A DNA stretch of 41,820 nucleotides, from positions 1 through 41,820 of the forward strand of contig NZ_JBOHCV010000385.1 of the NCBI RefSeq assembly GCF_050698815.1, read 5' to 3'. Source of the stretch: Streptomyces sp. GTDB lineage: Bacteria; Actinomycetota; Actinomycetes; Streptomycetales; Streptomycetaceae. The notes under the pieces are model-generated. The model saw only the letters and a program-made list of their open reading frames with translations. It had not been told where the DNA came from and made no database searches. Every line of letters begins with the position of its first letter. Position 1 is the first letter of the stretch. Shown piece after piece: positions 36,948 to 41,820 of this stretch. The translations under genes were made by a program, and so were the position numbers.

Positions 36948-38327
36948 ATGACCAGCTGGACCTATTCGCGTGAGCTCCCAGTATCGGAGCCGGTCGACGT
37001 TTTGGTAGCAGGAGCAGGGCCTGCGGGTATCGCCGCTGCCGTGGCCGCAGCCCGTCGCGGGGCGAGGACGACACTCGTCGAGCGGTTCGGCTTCCTCGGC
37101 GGCAACCTCACCGCCGGGCTGGTCGGCCCGTGCATGACGTCGTACTCGCTTGACGGATCCCGTCAACTCATCCGTGGCGTCTTCGAAGAATTCGTCCAGC
37201 GAATGGAAGCTCTGGGGGGAGCGATCCACCCCTCGAAGACGCAGGCCGGCGATCCCTACGCAGGCTTCATCACCTACGGGCACGACAAGGTCACACCGTT
37301 CGAGCCCGAAACGGCCAAGAGCGTGGCGATGGAGATGTGCCTGGACGCGGGCGTCACGCTCCTGCTGCACACCTTCATCGCGGACGTGATCAGCGAGGAC
37401 GGGCGGGTGAACGGGGTCGTGTGCGCGAGCAAGAGTGGTCTCCACGTTCAGCCAGCCCAGATATTCGTGGACTGCACCGCGGACGGTGATGTCGCTGCGC
37501 GCGGTGGTGCGGACACGGTCTTCGGGCGCGAAGGCGACGGCCTGGTCCAGCCCATGACGGTCTTCTTCCGGATCTCCGATGTCGACGACGAGCGCGTTGA
37601 GCAGTACGTCCGTTCTCATCCCGACGACATTCGGCCATTTGCCTCGATAGTCGAGAAGGCTCGCGCCCAGGGACGGTTTCCTGCCCCGCGACGCGGCGTC
37701 GGAATGTACAAGACGCTGCGCTCAGGGGTGTGGCGGATCAACACCACGCGAGTACTGGGCCGGGACGGCACCAACGCACAGGACCTCACGTCAGCCGAGA
37801 TCGAAGGCCGCCGTCAGGTGGATGAGCTCATGCGGTTCTTCCGTGAGAATCTTCCCGGGTTCGAGCGGTGCGAGCTGTTGGACACCGCGTCGACCGTGGG
37901 GGTGCGCGAGACGCGACGTGTCGTCGGTGACTACGTGCTGAGTCTCGAGGACCTTCAGGAAGGTCGCCACTTCGACGACGTCATCGCGCTGTGTGCGTAC
38001 CCGGTTGACATCCATGACCCCGCTGGCGCGGGCGGGGGTGTTGACGACTCCTTCGGCACAGCGAACTACTATGAGATCCCGTACCGCTGTCTGCTACCGA
38101 GTGAAGTCGAGAACCTGTTGGTCGCTGGGCGCTGCGTCTCGGCGACCCACGAGGCACTCGCCGCGATCCGGGTCATGCCTCCCTCGTTCGCCATGGGCGA
38201 GGCAGCTGGAACCGCCGCTGCCCTCGCGTGCGCGGATAACCTCACGCTCAGGCAGCTTCCTGTTCCAGATCTCCAGCATGCGCTGGTCGACCAGGGCGGC
38301 TACCTCGGCGAGGTGCTGCGGCCATGA
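36948..38327 (+). CDS. FAD-dependent oxidoreductase 'B' (FAD_oxidored/PF12831-like), intact
   Basis: DVLVAGAGPAG, FLGGNLTAG, FVDCTADGD, GVRETRR, YEIPYRCLLP, and NLLVAGRCVS. RBS GAGGAG. Confidence 0.9.
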   Translation: MTSWTYSRELPVSEPVDVLVAGAGPAGIAAAVAAARRGARTTLVERFGFLGGNLTAGLVGPCMTSYSLDGSRQLIRGVFEEFVQRMEALGGAIHPSKTQAGDPYAGFITYGHDKVTPFEPETAKSVAMEMCLDAGVTLLLHTFIADVISEDGRVNGVVCASKSGLHVQPAQIFVDCTADGDVAARGGADTVFGREGDGLVQPMTVFFRISDVDDERVEQYVRSHPDDIRPFASIVEKARAQGRFPAPRRGVGMYKTLRSGVWRINTTRVLGRDGTNAQDLTSAEIEGRRQVDELMRFFRENLPGFERCELLDTASTVGVRETRRVVGDYVLSLEDLQEGRHFDDVIALCAYPVDIHDPAGAGGGVDDSFGTANYYEIPYRCLLPSEVENLLVAGRCVSATHEALAAIRVMPPSFAMGEAAGTAAALACADNLTLRQLPVPDLQHALVDQGGYLGEVLRP

Positions 38328-38379
38328 GCGTGGTACTGCCCGATCCGGCGTGTGCTGACCACCGTCTCCAGGGCTGTGC

Positions 38380-38929
38380 CCAGCTTGACTGAGGGCGGGG
38401 CTGGTGGGGCACGCGCTGAAAGGACCGTCCGGCGAACGCAGTTGCAGCAGTGCCGGTCGAGATGGTCGCGGTGCCACAGCGAGGGCCCGGCGAGCCCGGC
38501 CCCGGTGTCTGTGAACTGCTGCCAGGCCAGCCACAAAGCGTGCAGGCGGGCGACGGCCTCGGGGTGCTCCGTCCACTGCTGGCACCACGGGCGAGTGGAG
38601 GTGACCTCGCGCCCGTAGACCGGCAGCAGCAGGTCGTCCACCCAGACCTTCAGCGCTGCCAACTCCTCCGCGTACGCCCTGCCGGCCAGCGCCAGGATGA
38701 AGAGGGAAGCAGCCTCGGCCTGGCCGTCGCCGCCTGAAGCTGTATCGGTTTCCCGTCCGGGCTCTTCCTCCCCGCTGTCAGGCGGGGACGGCCGCTCGTC
38801 GGTGAGCCGGGTGAGGGTCTCGCCCTGCTTGCGGGTCTCGGCGACCAGACCGCTGACCGTGGAGACGAGGTCATCCAGGTTGTGGTCCGGTCGCCGTACC
38901 GGCTCGTTCTCGTCGACGGACTCCGACAT
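38380..38929 (-). pseudogene. DUF4913-like protein with a C-terminal frameshift
   Basis: WVDDLLLPVYGRE..PWCQQWTEHPEAVARLHALWLAWQ..WHRDHLD. The expected continuation PALLQLRSPDGPFSAC is in another frame (shift near 38455). RBS AAGGAAGG precedes ATG 38929. Confidence 0.75.
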
Positions 38930-39343
38930 GGATATTCCCTTCCTTGCCCGGGTGTTGGGGCGTCGAGGATCCGGAGAAAGGAGGGTTTGCCCCGGCCGGG
39001 AACTGGGTGTAGAAGGGCGGCTCAACTGCCGGAGCAATGACGGCAGGTGGCCGTGGGCGGAGCGAGGATCCGCAACGCCTGGATGGCTTGGTGCGGTACG
39101 ACACCGGCACAGAGCTGTGAGTTGGGTGTCCGTTGCCAATGAAGTGAGCTGGCCATGAGGTGATGAGCTGCGACGACAAGTTCATTGAGCTCACTGACAA
39201 TCCGACTTGGGTGCCACCGCGGCCGAAGTAGGGTGCCTTCTCCGGGATCAGCAGTGAATGAAAGCCGGGCATGATGCGCGAAAAACTGCAGGCCAGGAAG
39301 TGGATCGTCCGATCGAGGATGCGGCGGGAGACATGGCGGCAGC

Positions 39344-39372
39344 GTCGTCCCCGTATGCGCGGGGAACTGCCG
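39344..39372 (+). other. Solitary 29-bp type I-E CRISPR-repeat-like unit
   Basis: GTCGTCCCCGTATGCGCGGGGAACTGCCG; no second copy seen. Confidence 0.45.
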
Positions 39373-39409
39373 GAAGCCCCAGCACAGCCCTCCATGCACA
39401 GGAACACAC

Positions 39410-39460
39410 CAGGGACTTTTCAGGGACTTTCAGCTCCGTCACAGGGACTTCTGAGGGACG
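39410..39460 (+). repeat. Clustered CAGGGACTT direct repeats (candidate integrase arm-type sites)
   Basis: Copies at 39410, 39421 and 39442, a degenerate copy at 39453, and related copies at 22616 and 22627 near the other junction. Confidence 0.7.
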
Positions 39461-39527
39461 CTCCGCCGTACAGAAGAGTAAGCCTGTGACAGAGCTGAAA
39501 GAGACGAATTACCTGCTCAGAGGCGGT

Positions 39528-39593
39528 GTCCTCAGCACTCGATGACGTTGACCGCGAGGCCGCCCCGCGCCGTCTCCTTGTACTTGACCTTCA
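39528..39593. repeat. att site (right junction) that reconstitutes the sdaA 3' end
   Basis: 66-bp direct repeat of 22480-22545. Confidence 0.95.
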
Positions 39594-40914
39594 TGTCGGC
39601 GCCGGTGTCCTTCATCGTCTTGATCGCCTTGTCCAGCGAGACGTGGTGGCGGCCGTCTCCGCGCAGGGACATGCGGGCGGCGGTGACCGCCTTGACCGCG
39701 GCCATGCCGTTGCGTTCGATGCAGGGGATCTGGACGAGGCCGCCGATGGGGTCGCAGGTGAGGCCGAGGTTGTGCTCGATGCCGATCTCGGCGGCGTTCT
39801 CCACCTTCTCGGGGCCGCCGCCCAGCACCTCCGCCAGGCCGCCCGCCGCCATCGAGCAGGCGGAGCCGACCTCGCCCTGGCAGCCGACCTCGGCGCCGGA
39901 GATGGACGCGTTCTCCTTGAAGAGCAGGCCGATGGCACCGGCGGCCAGCAGGAAGCGGACGATGCCGTCCTCGTCGGCGCCCGGCACGAACTCGGTGTAG
40001 TAGTGCAGGACGGCGGGGATGATGCCGGCCGCGCCGTTGGTGGGGGCGGTCACCACGCGGCCGCCCGCCGCGTTCTCCTCGTTGACCGCCATCGCGTAGA
40101 GCGTCAGCCACTCCATGGCGTGCGTCTCGCGGTCGCCCTCGGCGCGCAGCTGGCGGGCCGCGGTCGCCGCCCGGCGGCGTACCTTCAGGCCGCCCGGCAG
40201 GATGCCTTCCTGGCTCAGACCACGGGCGACGCACGCCCGCATCGCCTCCCAGATCTCCAGCAGCCCGGCGCGGATCTCCGCCTCCGTCCGCCACGCCTTC
40301 TCGTTCTCCAGCATCAGGCCCGAGATCGACAGGCCGGTCTCGCGGGTGAGCCGCAGCAGTTCGTCGCCGCTGCGGAAGGAGTGGGTCAGCGCCGTGTCGT
40401 CGAGCTTGACGCGGTCCTCACCCACGGCGTCCTCGTCGACGACGAAGCCGCCGCCCACCGAGTAGTAGGTCTTCTCCAGCAGCGGGGTGCCGGCGGCGTC
40501 GTAGGCGAAGAGGGTCATGCCGTTCGCGTGGTACGGGAGGGAGCGGCGCCGGTGCAGGATCAGTTGGGCCGGCTCGTCGAAGTCGATCTCGTGGGCGTCC
40601 CCTATCTCCGTGGCCAGCAGCCGCAGCCGCTTGGCCGAGCGGATGGCGGCCACCCGGTCGTCTGCGGCCGCCGCGTCGACGGTGCGCGGGGACTCGCCCT
40701 CCAGCCCGAGCAGCACGGCCTTGGCGGTGCCGTGCCCGTGGCCCGTCGCGCCGAGGGAGCCGTACAGCTCCGCCCGTACGGACGCGGTGTGCGCCAGCAT
40801 GCCCTCGTTCTTGAGCCGGCCGACGAACATCCGGGCAGCGCGCATCGGGCCGACCGTGTGCGAACTGGACGGGCCGATGCCGATCGAGAAGAGGTCGAAG
40901 ACGGAGATCGCCAT
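39532..40914 (-). CDS. sdaA: L-serine ammonia-lyase (Fe-S dependent)
   Basis: [60 protein letters not shown], and [10 protein letters not shown]. Confidence 0.97.
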   Translation of the reverse strand: MAISVFDLFSIGIGPSSSHTVGPMRAARMFVGRLKNEGMLAHTASVRAELYGSLGATGHGHGTAKAVLLGLEGESPRTVDAAAADDRVAAIRSAKRLRLLATEIGDAHEIDFDEPAQLILHRRRSLPYHANGMTLFAYDAAGTPLLEKTYYSVGGGFVVDEDAVGEDRVKLDDTALTHSFRSGDELLRLTRETGLSISGLMLENEKAWRTEAEIRAGLLEIWEAMRACVARGLSQEGILPGGLKVRRRAATAARQLRAEGDRETHAMEWLTLYAMAVNEENAAGGRVVTAPTNGAAGIIPAVLHYYTEFVPGADEDGIVRFLLAAGAIGLLFKENASISGAEVGCQGEVGSACSMAAGGLAEVLGGGPEKVENAAEIGIEHNLGLTCDPIGGLVQIPCIERNGMAAVKAVTAARMSLRGDGRHHVSLDKAIKTMKDTGADMKVKYKETARGGLAVNVIEC

Positions 40915-40990
40915 GGCGGGCGGCTCCTTTCCGTGCGGTTCCCGGGGTGCCGGCGCGGTGTCCGGGCGGGGAGTGCGGAGGAGGCGGGGT

Positions 40991-41038
40991 CCCGTGGCGC
41001 CGCGACCACGGCTGCGGAGGCGGCTGCGGCGCCACGGG
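40991..41038 (-). terminator. Hairpin between glyA and sdaA
   Basis: Perfect 13-bp inverted repeat cccgtggcgccgc / gcggcgccacggg. Confidence 0.6.
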
Positions 41039-41046
41039 GGTGCGCG

Positions 41047-41820
41047 CTACTTGTTGAGACCGGAGTAGAGCGGGTGCTTCTCGGCGAGCGCGTTGACGCG
41101 GGCGGCCAGCGCCTTCGCCTTGTCCTCGTCGAAGGCGGGCAGCAGTGCCTCGGCGATGATGTCGGCGACCTCCCGGAAATCCTCCTCCTGGAACCCGCGG
41201 GTGGCCAGCGCCGGCGTGCCGATGCGCAGGCCCGAGGTGACCATGGGCGGGCGCGGGTCGTTGGGGATCGCGTTGCGGTTGACCGTGATGCCGATCCCGT
41301 GCAGCCGGTCCTCGGCCTGCTGGCCGTCGAGTGCGCTGTCGCGCAGGTCGACCAGGACCAGGTGCACGTCCGTACCGCCCGACAGCACAGAGACGCCCGC
41401 GTCCACCGAGTCCTGCTGGAGCAGCCGCTCGGCCAGCAGCCGGGCGCCGGTCAGGGTGCGCCGCTGGCGCTCCTTGAACTCCTCGGACGCCGCGATCTTG
41501 AAGGACACCGCCTTCGCCGCGATGACGTGCTCCAGCGGGCCGCCCTGCTGACCGGGGAAGACCGCGCTGTTGATCTTCTTCGCATACTCCTGCTTGGAGA
41601 GGATCACGCCGCCGCGCGGGCCGCCGAGGGTCTTGTGCGTGGTGGTGGTCACCACGTCCGCGTAGGGGACCGGGGACGGATGCAGCCCGGCCGCCACCAG
41701 ACCGGCGAAGTGCGCCATGTCGACCATCAGCAGGGCGCCGACCTCGTCCGCGATGCGGCGGAAGGCGGCGAAGTCCAGCTGGCGCGGGTACGCCGACCAG
41801 CCCGCGATGATCATCTGCGG
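41047..41820 (-). CDS. glyA: Serine hydroxymethyltransferase, 5' part outside the window
   Basis: [12 protein letters not shown], the PLP motif [25 protein letters not shown], and SGLRIGTPA. Confidence 0.97.
   Translation of the reverse strand, partial: PQMIIAGWSAYPRQLDFAAFRRIADEVGALLMVDMAHFAGLVAAGLHPSPVPYADVVTTTTHKTLGGPRGGVILSKQEYAKKINSAVFPGQQGGPLEHVIAAKAVSFKIAASEEFKERQRRTLTGARLLAERLLQQDSVDAGVSVLSGGTDVHLVLVDLRDSALDGQQAEDRLHGIGITVNRNAIPNDPRPPMVTSGLRIGTPALATRGFQEEDFREVADIIAEALLPAFDEDKAKALAARVNALAEKHPLYSGLNK

Larger units (their letters stand above)
22480..39593. mobile_element. ~17 kb degenerate integrative element / genomic island inserted in the 3' end of sdaA
   Basis: Flanking 66-bp direct repeats, a tyrosine integrase pseudogene at one end, a DUF4913 remnant at the other, an IS, and more A/T-ending codons in the cargo. 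Confidence 0.92.

Noticed and set aside
24987..38327. Secondary-metabolite biosynthetic cluster or halogenase/RiPP system
   Set aside because: No scaffold-forming enzyme, precursor peptide or halogenase WxWxIP motif was seen. An importer plus LacI points to catabolism.
38930..39340. Small ORFs near the right end of the island
   Set aside because: No RBS, motif or consistent codon bias that I can support; probably eroded element DNA.
39280..39470. CRISPR array
   Set aside because: Only one repeat-like unit, no regular spacing and no cas genes. The CAGGGACTT repeats are too short and too close together.

Overview
High-GC actinobacterial chromosome segment, almost certainly Streptomyces or a close relative. 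The core backbone runs mak(partial)-treS-glgE / glgP, an M4 metalloprotease, a heterodimeric ABC exporter, two L,D-transpeptidases, an enoyl-CoA hydratase, a small HATPase-type regulator, a few accessory genes, and then sdaA and glyA(partial) at the right end. A ~17 kb decayed integrative element (22480-39593) sits in the 3' end of sdaA and is bounded by a 66-bp direct repeat with one mismatch. Its tyrosine integrase is frameshifted and cut by an IS5-family element, and its last reading frame runs into the displaced sdaA tail. The cargo is an apparently uncharacterised LacI-controlled uptake/oxidation system. It has two diverged copies of an SDR-LacI-flavoprotein A-flavoprotein B module flanking an Opp/Dpp-type ABC importer. 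The two copies have decayed reciprocally, so exactly one intact SDR, flavoprotein A and flavoprotein B remain. Both island promoters share a TTGACA box and a TAATACGYATTA operator, and one operator is expanded into a perfect 38-bp palindrome. The island also carries a solitary type I-E CRISPR-like repeat and a possible amyloid-motif gene relic. All calls come from reading the sequence and recalling family motifs; no database searches were run.
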